A stretch of 64,000 bases of DNA from Chiloscyllium plagiosum. Its lineage: Eukaryota. The stretch is taken from contig NC_057750.1 of the NCBI RefSeq assembly GCF_004010195.1, positions 13,971,387 to 14,035,386 of the forward strand, written 5' to 3'. The translations under genes were made by a program, and so were the position numbers. The notes beneath the pieces were generated by a model. It ran no database searches. It was given only the letters and a program-made list of their open reading frames with translations, and was not told the origin of the DNA. Below are positions 12,061 through 24,675 of the stretch, in pieces (position 1 is the first letter of the stretch; each line of letters opens with the position of its first letter).

Positions 12061-12241
12061 ACTATTGTCCCTTGCTTCAACTTTGGTTTAATTCAAAAAG
12101 GGGCACATTGTCTGGACTTACTGCTCTTGTCTGAAGAGGACAGGTTGTTGTTTAAGAATAGCTTCTTGTCAGTATAAGTGAGTTGTATTGCAAGTCTGAC
12201 AAATGTGTGCAAGATTAAAGCTTGAACTGTACACCTCTGCT

Positions 12242-12426
12242 GAAAGTGTGGTGTTGGAAAAGCACAGCAGGTCAGGCAGCATCTGAGTAACAGGAGAATC
12301 GACGTTTCAGGTATAAGCACTTCATTGACATTTCTCCAGCTCCTCGGATGCTGCCTGACCGACTGTGCTTTTCCAGCACCACATTCTAGCCTCTGATCTC
12401 CAGCATCGGTAGACCTCACTTTCTGC
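12242..12426. mobile_element. Palindromic PLE family A insertion
   Basis: Inverted arms. TSD CTGTACACCTCTGCT (12227-12241) / CTGTACATCTCTGCT (12427-12441). Confidence 0.85.
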
Positions 12427-14247
12427 CTGTACATCTCTGCTTAGCAATACCAAAATTAATGGCATTTATTAGGTTTTCTTTTATAAAATTAAATAAAATC
12501 TAAGTAGATATTACTTGAAAGCAACATCCTGAAATATCAGTCAGAACGCCAGGTTTTGACACCGTCCGAACAGTATCTGTGTTGTCGAGCCTGCTAAAGG
12601 GTTAAACAAATTTTTACCTAACTCCTGTCAAGTTGTACAAAATATTTCTATTCCTTCTGACCTCATGTATGGAATAGAATTCCAATGTGCATGCATTTTT
12701 CAAAAGACAAAATTCAAATAAACTAAGTACATAAAACAGACCATACTTCGAAGTTGGCAATTAATTGGGGTTGATGCAACCTATTAAAAAAAAGATTAGT
12801 TTCTGCATAAGTAACAATGTCGTAAGGTTATTGAAGAATGCAGACAAGAAAGGTAAGGAAATGCATCAATCATTAATTATCAAAAGGCAACATCAAGTCC
12901 ACCAACAAAACTGACTTGAAAATGAAGCTGTGCTTTCAATTTGATAAAAATAAGAAGATGGATCATTTTGTTCCTTGGATGTATTTCAAAGAGGAAGACA
13001 TGTCCTCAGTGACACCAGCCATCTTTGTCATCAGTGTTCTGCCTTCCAGAAATGCAGCTAGCGCCATGAAGAATGTATGTCTTTCTTTTGTTGTGTAATG
13101 AGAATGCTTCAGAAAACCTTATTTGTTCAGGTCTGCGTTATCTGTGAGGCAGCACAGATGAAGGTAAGTCAACCACTCCTCAGAAGATTGGCTAATTAAT
13201 CAAAAGGAGTTCAATACATTCTTGCCATAAAGGCAGAGCAAGCAGAACATTGGAGAGGTTAGAAGAATAGAATCACGTAAAATAGGAAATATTGTCTCTG
13301 ACAATAAATAAACAAGGTCTCCTTGGGGGTCATGTTGGTCCTTTTGGCAGACTTGCATTTACATTGTTGGATTTAGTTGAGGTCTCCGTGTTACAAGGCA
13401 ATGTTAATGATTGACCAGCCAGCCTGGGACTTAGAGGAGAAATCCAGGGGTTGGAGTTTCTGACTCAATTCAATCCTTAACTCATGTGGTATTCTTACCT
13501 TATTGAATAACATGAGGACTTTCAGTGAAAGTAAACTGTGCGATTTTCAACACTTAAACAACATTAGCACATGGACTGGCTGATCCTGAAGGTTAAACCT
13601 CTATCCAAGTTCTCTAGACTGAGTTAAACTCATTTGAACATAAATAACTAAAACCAAACAAGCCCATCTAGACATTTGGGAATAATCCTCTCTGGCGCTC
13701 TCACAATAGTCATGCAAGCTTGTGTAAAACTCCTCCTAACTACAGTCTTGGTTAAAGAAATGACATAGAGAGGACACTCTTTCCTCCGATGTGGCAACTC
13801 CAGGTTCAAATGCCATTCTGGTACTCAATGGCTGAGGAAGGGACATTCGTAATGTATCTGAACAGTTTGCACATTCTACTCACAATTACTTCCAACTCAT
13901 GCCCAATAGCAGATACTAGCATGAGCAGGAACAATACCCAGTTAGTTGCAAGATGGGAAGAATATTGGTGCCTCTGTCATAGCAATTGCATGAACTTGCA
14001 CACGCTGCCATTATTAGAGAGGATATAGAGAGATCTGTTGCTGGTAAAGGTCTCTGCAAGGCTCCACTATTGACCGAACCCCACTTTTAAGAATCACTTC
14101 CTGCCTGTGCCAATACTGATGCCCAATCCAGCTCCCAATGTGGCTGTCAATCTCAAATGATACAACCTCTTTTAGCAGCTGATGATGCGACACTGATTTC
14201 CTAACAACCACTGATACTTTATCAAATTTCTGGTCTCTACATCCACA

Positions 14248-15052
14248 TGGGCAGCGCGATGGCTCAGTGGTTAGCACTGCTGCCTCACAGCGCCAGCGAC
14301 CCGGGTTTGATTCCAACCTCGGGTGACTGCCTGTATGGGGTTTGCATGTTCTCCCAGTGTCTGTGTGGGAGTGGTCTGGCTTCCACAGTCCCACAGTCCA
14401 AAGATGTGCAGAATAGGGTGGATTGGCCATGGGTAATTACCAATGGGTAATTTGTGGGCGGCATGGTGGCACAGTGGTTAGCACTGCTACCTCACAGCGC
14501 CAAAGACCCGGATTCAATTCCCACTTCAGGCAGCTCTCTGTGTGGAGTTTGCACATTCTCCCTGTGTCTGCATGGGTTTCCTCCGGGTGCTCCGGTTTCC
14601 TCCCACAGTCCAAAGATGTGCAGGTTAGGTGAATTGGCCATGCTAAATTGTCCGTAGTGTTAGGTGAAGGGGTAAATGTAGGATTATGGGTCTGGTTGGT
14701 ATACGCTTCGGCGGGTCGGTGTGCGCTTGTTGGGCCGAAGGGCCTGTTTCCACACTGTAAGTAATCTAATCTAATCTAATCTAATATTTCTGGATGTAGG
14801 TTTGCTCGTTGAGCTGGAAGGGTCATTTCAAAAACAAACCTTCCAGCTCAGTGAGCAAACCTACATCCAGCACCTCAACCTGAGCTACAAATCTTCTCAA
14901 AACTTGCTATTACCCATTGTGTTCAGGGATGCGTAGGTTAGGTAGATTAGTCAGGGTAAATGTAGAGTAATGGGGAACGGGCTTGGGTGGGATACTCTTC
15001 GGAGGGTCGGTGTTGGGCCGAAGGGCCTGCTTCCATACTGTAGGGATTCTAA
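14248..15052 (+). mobile_element. Nested cluster: older HE1 SINE (14248-14445 and 14910-15052) containing a young HE1 SINE (14456-14785) and a palindromic PLE family C fragment (14787-14909)
   Basis: Two SINE heads. (AATCT)n tail at 14763-14785. Inverted CTGGATGTAGGTTTGCTC..TGAGCTGGAAGG / CCTTCCAGCTCAGTGAGCAAACCTACATCCAG. Confidence 0.85.
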
Positions 15053-15887
15053 TTTGCTTGTGGATTACATAAAACTGACCTACAGTGTTTGGATTCTGCC
15101 GTAGGCACCAATGAGTGTTTCAGTACGCAGGAATAATGGCCAACTGCTGAATCTGTGATCTAGTATTTAACATCACAGACACCAATCCTTTTCGGGTTCA
15201 AAGGTGGACATAATCAGGGCAACTGACACAATTGATCCACTTCCCAATCTGGGCCTGGCTTCACTCTGGGGTCTCCCTGCATGCTGGGTGGACCTCTCAA
15301 GATATGGACTAGGAACCTTGGACAGGGGCAGCAGGTCCATGGTCTTTATGCAAGCTGAAGCTGACTGAACGCAAAAAGGCACAGTGGAGGTGAAGGGAAG
15401 GGGCATCCACCAAGACAGAGCTCTGTGACCCTCCCAATCTGTTTGATAAATGACTCCAGGGTCTTCAGCTTCCTGTAAGAAGGTGGTCCCAAGGACGGGG
15501 TGTGGGAGGGGGATGCAGTTTGGGAGCACAGTGGGCAAATCCAGTAATATTGGAAGCAAAGAGGCCTGAATTTAACTGCAGTTTAATTTACTTGATCTAC
15601 AGCTCACTAATTGTTAATTGGCCAGAACAGTAAGGCCAGTGTTAATTGGCTACATGGGTTGGAGGGTGAGAGTGGGCAACAGTGGGGGTTTGGGGGGGGA
15701 TGGTTAATAACGGGACTGGTCCCTCATCAGGTTGGCAATGTTGGGATGTGGGGGAGGGATTCGGGCTGATAATCGTCAAGGAAAGGATGGATTGCAGACC
15801 GTGATGACTTAGAGGGTGTAGGGAGGAATTGGATGGGTATCACGAGGGTCCTGGGGGATGGGAAACATCACAAATCGCTAAGAGTTT

Positions 15888-16180
15888 TGATTAGATTAGA
15901 TTAGATTCCCTACAGTGTGGAAATGGACCCTTCAGCCCAACCAGTCCACACCGACCCTCCAAAGAGTAACCCATCCAGCCCCATTTCCCTCTGACTAATA
16001 AACCTAGCACTATGGACAATTTAGAATTCACCTGACCTGTACATCTTTGAACTGTGGGAGGAAACCCATGCAGACACAGAGAGAATGTGCAAACTCCACA
16101 CAGACAGTCACCCAAGGCTGGAATCGAATCTGGGTCCCTGGTGCTGTAAGGCAGCAGTGCTAACCACTGAGCCATTACCA
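15888..16180 (-). mobile_element. HE1-like V-SINE
   Basis: Head, V domain and (AATCT)n tail on the minus strand. Confidence 0.92.
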
Positions 16181-16544
16181 ATTGAAACAAAGGCAGGACT
16201 GGGAAGTATTATGGTTTAGTGGTTGATAATGATGACTGGGGATGGGGATGCCAATTGCTATTGAATATCTGTTTGAGTGACTGGACAATAGGACCCTTGC
16301 TCCATTTGGCCCACACGCAGGGCTATGAAAAGAACTTCACCCATCTCTCTTTAGCTGAGGATTCAGCCAGAAATTTGGACAACCAGTGCAAAGATTGAGT
16401 GGTTGCTGAAGGATCAGGATTGAAATCTTAAACCCATTGTGCTAAAGGAATCGAGTATTCTTCTCGCATTCCCTTTGAAATTGCCTCCTGCAGTCGCATT
16501 TCTCTATCTTCATGTCACCAAGGTTAATGGAAAATGAGTACAGA

Positions 16545-16830
16545 GTTAAAAGACCTGCATTCATGTCGTGCCCTTCACAACCTCAGAATGTCATAATGTG
16601 CTTTCCGCTCAATGGAGTACTTTCAATATGTCATTACTGTAATGATATAAAAGATACAGCAGCCAATGTGACATTAAAGAGCAATAAAACACTGAGCAGA
16701 AAATCTTGAGGCAGTAATATTGGTTGAGGGGTGAAGTTTGAGCAGGACACCAATCAGAATGGCCTTCCTATTAGAACTGGGTCTTCTGTACCCACCTGAG
16801 CAGGGTACTGCCTTATTTGAAAGAAGGTAG
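16545..16830 (-). mobile_element. Degenerate Deu-domain SINE
   Basis: Minus strand reads CTCAGGTGGGTACAGAAGACCC...GGTGTCCTG...CCCTCAACCAATATTAC...CTGAGGTTGTGAAGGGCAC...ATGCAGGTCTT. Confidence 0.6.
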
Positions 16831-17120
16831 TGTTTACACAAGTGATTGGGTCTTCAAAAAGATACATGACACCACAATTCTGATACATATACCAATCAGT
16901 AATAGTCTGGGTGCAGACTATCACTGAATAATCAGAAACAAGATTCTCTGATGTCACAAGGAATTAAGGGCTACGGGGAGAATGCGGGTAAGTGGAGTGG
17001 ACTCGATGGGCCGAATGGCCTTACTTTCACTCCTATGTCTTATGGTCTACACTCACCCATTATTTAGGGCTTTCCTTTATAATGATTATATTATTAATAG
17101 CAACATTGTAATTTGAAAGC

Positions 17121-17592
17121 TGAATATTGCCAAAAAAGAGATAGCCAATCGAGATCCTTTGTTTTGAATTCATCAGGATAGACACAAGAATACCATATTT
17201 CATAGATAACAACAACTCATACTACATGAGAAGAGAGGGTTGATTGGTTGTCAAGTTGACTCTGGTTGGTTGTGACATTGCCATGTGATTGGTGCATTTC
17301 CAACAGCTCCATCTATTCATACACAGAGCCATGTCCTCTGCAGCTACAAAGAATGTGCCCAAACACTGCACTCTGCTCGAATTAAACAGAAGTGTGCGGG
17401 GCAATATTTTCCTCTTGCATTCTCCCTGGAATTACAGCAAACAATCAAAGTTGACTTGGCAACCAATCAAAACCTTTTCTTCATGCACAATGCATTGCTG
17501 TTTCTTCTGAGATTTGGTATTCTTGCAATTCTGTCCTGAGAATTTCACAATGATCTGCTTTGACAACATGACTCTTTGTCAAGCAATACTCA
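17121..17592. repeat. Old inverted repeat, PLE family D-like (arms about 17121-17275 and 17440-17592)
   Basis: CAAGAATACCA / TGGTATTCTTG and TTGATTGGTTGTCAAGT / ACTTGGCAACCAATCAA are reverse complements. The left arm holds TCATCAG (CTGATGA on the minus strand). Confidence 0.65.
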
Positions 17593-18081
17593 AATGTCAT
17601 AAACTGTCACCAGTTGTCAGGTGCACCCATCCTGATGACTGGAATCGAACATAATGACAATGAAGTAGCCTTCTCCACTGCACTAAGGCATGCATTGACA
17701 ATTGAGAGTCTGCAGAACAATTATAAGATGCATAAACCACTTGAATAAAAGTGGGAGTAAACAGTTTACCCACCAGGAAACACTTCAAATCTTGACCATG
17801 GTTGTTAGATTTAAAAGCATGTTTAACAAACCCAATTATTTATATCAGAGTCAAATGGAGACCAAATTGAACTAAAGTGGTCACATTTGACACATATCAA
17901 TTGCTAGTTGTGATTCAATGGTAGCAATACATTCAAGGTTCACTTCTGGCAATTTGCTACATAATACAGGCTGGTCTTTCACAGCAGTACTGAGGGACTG
18001 CTACCCTCTCCATGAAGGGCATATTAAGTTCCCAATCTTCTGACCAATCTTTAACCTTTCAGCATCACAAACTCGGTGGTG

Positions 18082-18410
18082 GGGACACGTTATGGCCTAA
18101 TGGTATTATAGCTGGAACATTAATCCAGAAACCTCAGTGATGTTCTGATGTTCAAGTCCCGCCATAGCAGATAGTAGCATTTGAATTTAATAAAAATCTA
18201 GAATTAAGTGTCTAACGATGACCATGAATCAATCATCAGGGAAACCCATCTGGGTTCACTAATCCTCTTTAGGGAAGGAAACTGTCGATCATACCCAGTC
18301 TGGCCCACACATGACTCCAGACCCAGAGTGATATGGTTGACTGTTAGCTGTCTTCTGGGTAATAAATGCTAGTCTAGCCAGCAATGCCCTGAATGAATTT
18401 ACAAAACATG
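18082..18410 (+). mobile_element. SINE S2
   Basis: Full head-body-tail similarity to 2496-2780 and 48995-49333. Confidence 0.85.
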
Positions 18411-18575
18411 AAAAGACAAATTGAAAATAGTTTGCTGATTCAAGCAAACTATAGCTACTCTGATAGAATAAATATGATAACTGCAACATTGCAGGCAAAC
18501 ATAATTCTTTTTAAAACAATACAGAATATCTGACTGAGGATTCAATACTTGAAAACTGAGTGCAAAATATACGCG

Positions 18576-18611
18576 ATTCCTGATGAAGGGCTTATGCCCG
18601 AAACGTCGATT
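18576..18611 (+). ncRNA. Minimal type I hammerhead ribozyme motif, intact core
   Basis: ATTC-CTGATGA(18580-18586)-A-GGGC-TTAT-GCCC-GAAA-CG-TC-GATT. Predicted cleavage after C18607. Confidence 0.8.
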
Positions 18612-18704
18612 CTCCTGCTCCTCTGATGCTGCCTGACCTGCTGTGCTTTTCCAGCACCACGCTCTCGACTCTGATCTCCATCATCTGCAGTCCTCACTTC
18701 CTCC
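18577..18704 (+). mobile_element. PLE family A fragment
   Basis: TSD TGCAAAATATACGCGA (18561-18576) / TGCAAAATGTACGTGA (18705-18720). Confidence 0.9.
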
Positions 18705-19649
18705 TGCAAAATGTACGTGACAAGCTGTAAAACATAACATCACCGGAATCACGGATAAGTTGAAGGAGCTGCAAATGTCATATATCATCTGCAGGCTTGT
18801 AAAAATGAAGCTAATCATTTTCAACAAACCAGTAACAAATTGGGAATTTGTACCAGTCAATCCTTCCTGAAAATGTTTTATTACGGACTTCAAACTGTGT
18901 TTGTGCAGAATCAGAAAGAGTCAAGGTAATTTTTCAGACAGCAAAATAAGCAGTGTTTGTTGCTGAGGTCCATGCGTCTGATTCTAAGTCTCCGGGTATG
19001 AGCCAGAAGCGGCCTGCATCTGAAGGCTATTACCAAATGTTAACAAGCTCTGAAATGAATATGAAATATGACAGACTTCCCAGTACATTCATCTTTCAGA
19101 TTTCATTTTCACAAGATGAGGGGGAATGACAGTGAAGCGTATGGTCTGTCCACTCCAAAAGCTAAAGGCGCCCTCCTTTTCCCCAGAGGACCCCCCCCCC
19201 CCAACCCCAGGAAAACTGTCATTAATCAAAATCAACATTAAAGGGAGAGGTTTGCTCTGCGTGCATGCTCATTGTTTACTTTCATTAACATTTTGCTATG
19301 CAGAATTTACCATGTGTTACAGATTGTGCAACAAGACAGCTGTAACATGATCACTAGAATTGACTCCGTTGACTTGATCTGTGCTCTGTTAATGTTCAAT
19401 CTCTTCAGAATAGTGTGAAAAGATTTATTTACGAGAGGGTTAAGAGGTGTCCAAAATCACGAGAGGTCAGGGCAGAGTAGCAGAGAGAAACTGTTCCCAC
19501 TGCTAGAAGGATTAAGAACCAATGGATGCCGACTTGCAGTGATTGGCAGAAGTGTGGTTCCGAATAATATTTTAATACAGGGTCTGGATAGGACCTGGAA
19601 AGCACTGCCTGAGAGTGTGGCTGAAGGAGACTTAATCATTGCTTCCCAC

Positions 19650-19967
19650 GGGCGGCATGGTGGCTCAGTGATTAGCACTGCTGCCTCACAACACCATGGT
19701 CCCAGGGTCGATTCCAGCCTCGGGTGACTGTGTGTGTGGAGTTTGCACATTCTCCCTGTGTCTGCGTGGGTTTCCTCTGGGTGCTCCGGTTTCCTCCTAC
19801 AGTCCAAAGATGTGCAGGTTAGGGTGGATTGGCCATGCTAAATTGCCCATAGTGTTAGGTGTATTAGTCAGAGAGAAATAGGTCTGGGTGGGTTACTCTT
19901 CGGAAGGTCGGTGTGGACTTGTTGGGCCGAAGGGCCTGTTTCCACACTTAAATAACCTAATCTAATC
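19650..19967 (+). mobile_element. HE1-like V-SINE, inside a decayed CR1 3' end (about 19440-20120)
   Basis: Complete head, V domain and tail. Confidence 0.92.
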
Positions 19968-20039
19968 AAAGAACTGATCATTTGGGAGGGGAAACTGTTT
20001 ACAGGTAATGGAGCAGTGTGAATCTAAGCTAATCACTCT

Positions 20040-20061
20040 GAGAGAGAGAGAGAGAGAGAGA
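20040..20061. repeat. (GA)n microsatellite
   Basis: Direct observation; a second one lies at 40061-40084. Confidence 0.95.
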
Positions 20062-20169
20062 CAGCAAATACATGATACACTAAATCACCTCCTCTGTGCT
20101 GTAATCATCCTGTAACTCTGTAGTTCCAAGGTGGAGTTGATCAGCTGGCAGCTATGAAACTGCAATTAC

Positions 20170-20600
20170 TGGCTCAGTGATTAGCACTGCTGCCTCACGG
20201 TGCCAGGGACTCAGGTTCAATGTGCACATTCTCCCTGTGTCTGCATGGGTTTCTTCCCACAGTCTAAAGATATGTATGCAAGATGGCTTAGCCATGGGCA
20301 ATGTAGGGTGACAGGGAATAAGGTTAGTGGGGGATGGATCTGAGTGGGATGTTCTTCAGAGGGTCAGTGTGCATTTGATGGTCTGAATAGCCTGCTTCCC
20401 CACTGTAGTGATTCTATGTACCGGTTAGGTGGATTGACCATGCTAAATGGTCCAAAGTGTCCAGGGTTGTGTAGGCTAGGGGGTTTAGCTATGGGAAATG
20501 CAGGATTACAGGGAATAAGGTTAGCGGGGGATGGGCCCACGTTGGATGCTCCTCAAAGGGTTGGTGTGGACTTGATGGGCCAAATGGTGATGTAGTGATG
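20170..20600 (+). mobile_element. Two degenerate HE1-like SINE pieces in tandem
   Basis: Head at 20170; two successive 3' halves. Confidence 0.75.
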
Positions 20601-21570
20601 TTATGATACTTTTCTTAAACATGTGAGTGTTTGTAACTGAGCCCGATAATACGTACTACTATCTTCATGGGATAGATGGCTCCAACAACAGAGGAATTAA
20701 CACAGTTTAAGACTAATAAAGAATGTTGGAGATGGTATAGTTAAAATTTCAAAAGCGTTTTGTTAAATTTACTGATTGTTAGCACTGAGACACCTCATAA
20801 AGCCTTTTCTACAAAACTGAGTACAAACTGATTTTGCTTTTGTCTATTAAAAACATAAATCCAATTTCATGACCTCAGGATGTGGCAAAGTAATTTGCAA
20901 TAAATTAACTTCCAAGGCATAATGCCATACTGATACAAAGTACCCAGCTCATCTGCAGCACAGTGAGATCGCACAAACAGCAACAAAGTCAAAACACACA
21001 ATGATCTATTTCTAGGTGCAGGGGTATTTTGGCCTGAACACCAAAAGAAAATGAGGGAACTGTAAGCTTGCTTTTCCAATAACAGGATTACAATCCAATG
21101 AACCCAGTACTAAAAAGTTAATCATTGGAATAGTGCTTTAATCATTATGATATAGTTGTGGGTGTTAACCACTACAAACTGTCAAAATGGATTCCATTTT
21201 CTTCGGGCTGTGCGTAAAGATACCAGCGATACATTAGTGTTGATTATGAGAGAAATCATGAACAATAGCTTCAAATCATGAGGAAACCATTGCTGATATT
21301 GGGTGACACAGTGTCACTGCTGCCTCACAGCGCAAAGGACCCGGGTTTGATTCCACCCTCGGGCGACTGTCTGTGTGGAGTTTGTACATTCACCCCGTGT
21401 CTGTGTGGGTTTCCTCCCACAGTCCAGATGTGCAGGTTAGGTTGGTTGGCCATGCTCAATTGCCAATACAAGTCATTCTACTATAATGTACATTTTGTTA
21501 ACGTGAATTCGCTGTAACATGATTGAAAACTTAGGGACACTGTTTCTTTAACACAAACTTTTAAAACGTG

Positions 21571-21674
21571 GTTAAAAATCACACAACACCAGGTTATACT
21601 CCAACAGTTTTAATTGGAAGCACTAGCTTTCGGAGCACCGCTCCTTCATCAGGTGGTTATGGAGGACACAATTG
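21571..21674 (-). mobile_element. PLE family B fragment
   Basis: TSD TAAAACGTG (21562-21570) / TAAAATGTG (21675-21683). Confidence 0.8.
21621..21655 (-). ncRNA. Minimal type I hammerhead ribozyme motif, intact core
   Basis: Minus strand reads CAC-CTGATGA-A-GGAGC-GGT-GCTCC-GAAA-GC-TA-GTG. Helix I is CAC/GTG, helix II is 5 bp, and palindromic AGCT sits at helix III. Confidence 0.8.
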
Positions 21675-23289
21675 TAAAATGTGCGTTGGCTGTATCATGA
21701 TTACATCGCCAGTATTTTAAGCACTGTGTCTACAGCACAATTTTTTTATAATGCGGGGTTGCGCAAGAACGCTGTAGTGAAGGGTCCAGGGATGTGCAGG
21801 CTAGCCATGGGTTAACCATGGGAAATGCAGGGTTACGGGGATAGGGTGGGGTGCTTTTCAGAGGATCGGTGTTTACTCAACAGGCCAACTGGCCTGCTTC
21901 CACACTGTAGGGATTCTGTGAAACAGGGTACAGTATTTCTTCAGGCTGTGCGCAGAGATACTGCAAATACATTGGCGATTATTATGAGTGAAATCATAAA
22001 CAGTAAATTTAGAGGTCACGAGGAAACCACCGCTAATATACTTACATCAAACAGCAACTGGAAGCAATTCTACCTCACAGAGCAAGGCAGATATCGTTAG
22101 TGGAGGAATGAGATAGTACAACATGGACTTGTTTTCAGATATACGACAAGTTCAGAATGATTCATCACCAAATTATTTGGTTAGGCTTCTGGTTTTGCTG
22201 CAGAGAGGGATTTGCATTCAGAATCTCACTCTTGGAGCACCAAGGGTAAATCTTATTATAAATGGTCCAATCATGACTGAGGGTCAAAATATGGATCGAA
22301 CACAATGAAGGAGTGTTCAGGTTTTACCAAAAATGAGCCCAGTCCAAGCTGGGAATCTCAGACACAGTTCGAGCTGGTTCCACCACTCCAATGTTGGACA
22401 GAAATTGTCCCACATATTTCTGGGGTGGCTGTGAGCAATTGTATCCAGGTAGTCACAAAGATTAATTGGAGCCAAACAGCCCAACTCCAATCTCCCCACC
22501 GACACCGGGGTCAGGATATCCATCTACCCTGTCAAATGCCCTAAGAATGCTGCATATTTTAATAAGGTCTTCTCCCATTTTCCTAAAGTGTAATGGGTCC
22601 AGGTCTGACCTACTCAACCTTCCCACCATCATTAATGTCATTTGAGGCCAATTCAGGGAGCCACCAGTGACCTTCTGCTGGGACTCTGACAGGCAGCAGA
22701 GGACTCAAAGGAGCCCCCCAGAGGCAGACCAGAGCAATACAGGCAGGCCTGACGGCCTACTCTGTGCACGTACAGTAGAAGCTGCCTTCAGCAAAAGTTC
22801 TTCCCTCATTCTCCCCTTATAACAGAATGGCCTGGCTGCTGAACCTACATTTTCAACTTGAAGTTTAAAGCAGAGAAGGTTCCTCCAGCACGAAACACCC
22901 TCTCTCCCACTCGCCTTCCAACTGCAGGCTGCTACTCCATCCTGTAAACCAGAGGCACTTGCTCAACTAGGCCCTCTAACCCGCCATCCTGAACCAAACA
23001 ATCTCTCCTGACCAATTCGGGAGGAGATCCCATGGAATACCTAACATGGTTGTTATCCAAATAACCCCCCTCCCCCACATCCCCCAAACCCTACCAACCC
23101 AGGAATTATTTGGCCACCGTAAAAAATACCACTGTCTCCAACTCGAAGAGGAGAATTCCAGTTATGGCGGTCAAAAGAAGTGAATTCTGGGATTCACAAC
23201 AGTGATCTGTTTGCTGCTTGTCCAGGGACTCTCTGAAATACATAAAGCAATTCCAAGCCTGCGAGGCCAAAGTTGCTGACTGTCATTTG

Positions 23290-23500
23290 GTTGCAGTTTT
23301 GCTTGTTGGAAAAACCCATCTGGCTCACTAATGTCCTTTAGGGAAGGAAATCTGCCATCCTTACGTGGTCCAGCCTACATGTGACTCCAGACCCACAGCA
23401 AGGTGGTTAACTTTTACCTGCCCTCAGGGCAATCAGGGATGAGTCGGAAACGCTGACCCAGCCAGCGACACCCACATCCCGTGGATGAATAAAATAAAAT
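23290..23500 (+). mobile_element. SINE S2, 3' half
   Basis: AAAACCCATCTGG...GCCAGCGACACCCACATCCCGTGGATGAATAAAA. Confidence 0.88.
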
Positions 23501-24399
23501 GTTCAGCTGCAAATATTTAAGTTCGGCTTTGGTTTCACAAGACACTACGGTGAACATTAGCAGTTTTACTGTCAATGCAACCACAGGGTCCTAAGGATTT
23601 AAAAGAGAAGTTAAGTGTGAGGGAAATATCAAGTAGCATTGTTACATTCAAAGATAGGCAGCATGAAGTGAGCAAAGAGATGGGACATGGAGTTAAAGCT
23701 GTGCTGCTTTTCAATAGGGGTTGATTGCCAAAACCTCCATTGAACTTTGACAGAAAATGTGAGAAATCAGAAGTGCTAGAGCCTGGTTACTTTCTCCCCT
23801 TGGCTGTTCAATATCTGTTACCTGATGTTTGGAAAATGTTCTAGAATATAATAGCAGTCTTACGTCGCTCATGAGTTTAGGTTTCCCACTGTTGAATATA
23901 TTCCCCAAACTCAGACTTTGAGCACTGACAAACTTTACTGCATGGTATCATGGGGCGCACACTGTACCTTAGTATGATCCGGTGCATCTCCAAAGTGCTC
24001 CAGATCGCCGCAGATTTATATAGTACAAAAGATGCCAAGCTGACAGTTTCTCAGGACTGTACGTAACGAGGTATTGTTCTCAGACCGTGAGTCAATCCAC
24101 ACTCCAGATATTACATTCACCTGTTTGATAACATTTGCGCTTTCTGCAGATATACAGAAGTTATGTGGTTGTAACAGGATGTTCCAGCAGGTTAGGGCCA
24201 AGCCAGGCGACAGCCACACCATGAGTGAAAAACAGCTTCCACATCCACTAAGGGTCATGCCATTCTGTCATGCACAGTATCATGTTTATGCTGAGTCAGC
24301 AACCATTTTGATTAACCTTTTTATTCAGCTCCCTCCAGAACATTCTTAAACATTTACGATATGTTGTACAAAATATCACTGATAATAGCATTGAGCAAA

Positions 24400-24675
24400 A
24401 GGAAGAGAACCTTTTCTAAGGGCACAATGAATTAAAGAGTTTACACAATCTTTTTTCACACAGAGAATGATTCGTGTATGGAATGAACTGTCAGAGGAAG
24501 AGGTGGATACGGGCGCAGTTACAACATTTAAAAGGCATTTGGATAAGTACATGAATAGGAAACGTTTGGAGGGATATGGGCCAAGTGCAGGCAGATGGGA
24601 CTAATTTTGTTTGGGAACATGGAGCGATTGGACTGAAGGGTCTTCTTCTGTGCTGCATGACTCTATGACTCTACA
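24400..24675 (+). mobile_element. CR1/HER1 3' end, followed by SINE S2 (-) at about 24685-24935
   Basis: TGGAATGAACTGTCAGAGGAAG...(TATGACTC) tail. Confidence 0.85.

Larger units (their letters stand above)
21301..21920 (+). mobile_element. HE1-like SINE (21301-21465 and 21783-21920) interrupted by a possible Tigger/pogo-like MITE (about 21466-21780)
   Basis: SINE halves are collinear. The insert starts TACAAGTCATTCTACTATAATG and has repeated (G)CTATAA(C)G-like motifs; the MITE assignment is tentative. Confidence 0.55.

Noticed and set aside
15060..15880. G-rich stretch (and C-rich 22620-23110) as a promoter or G-quadruplex regulatory element
   Set aside because: CpG-poor and patchy. Looks like decayed interspersed repeat that I cannot classify.
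23864..23888. ATG AGC GAC|gt as the MSD start exon of a troponin gene
   Set aside because: No downstream troponin-like exons were found in the remaining 23 kb of minus strand. Kept only as an anonymous promoter candidate.
24150..24200. Plus-strand YVVVTGCSSRLG resembling an SDR dehydrogenase TGxxxGxG motif
   Set aside because: The central Gly is absent, the match is very short, and no other SDR exons are visible.
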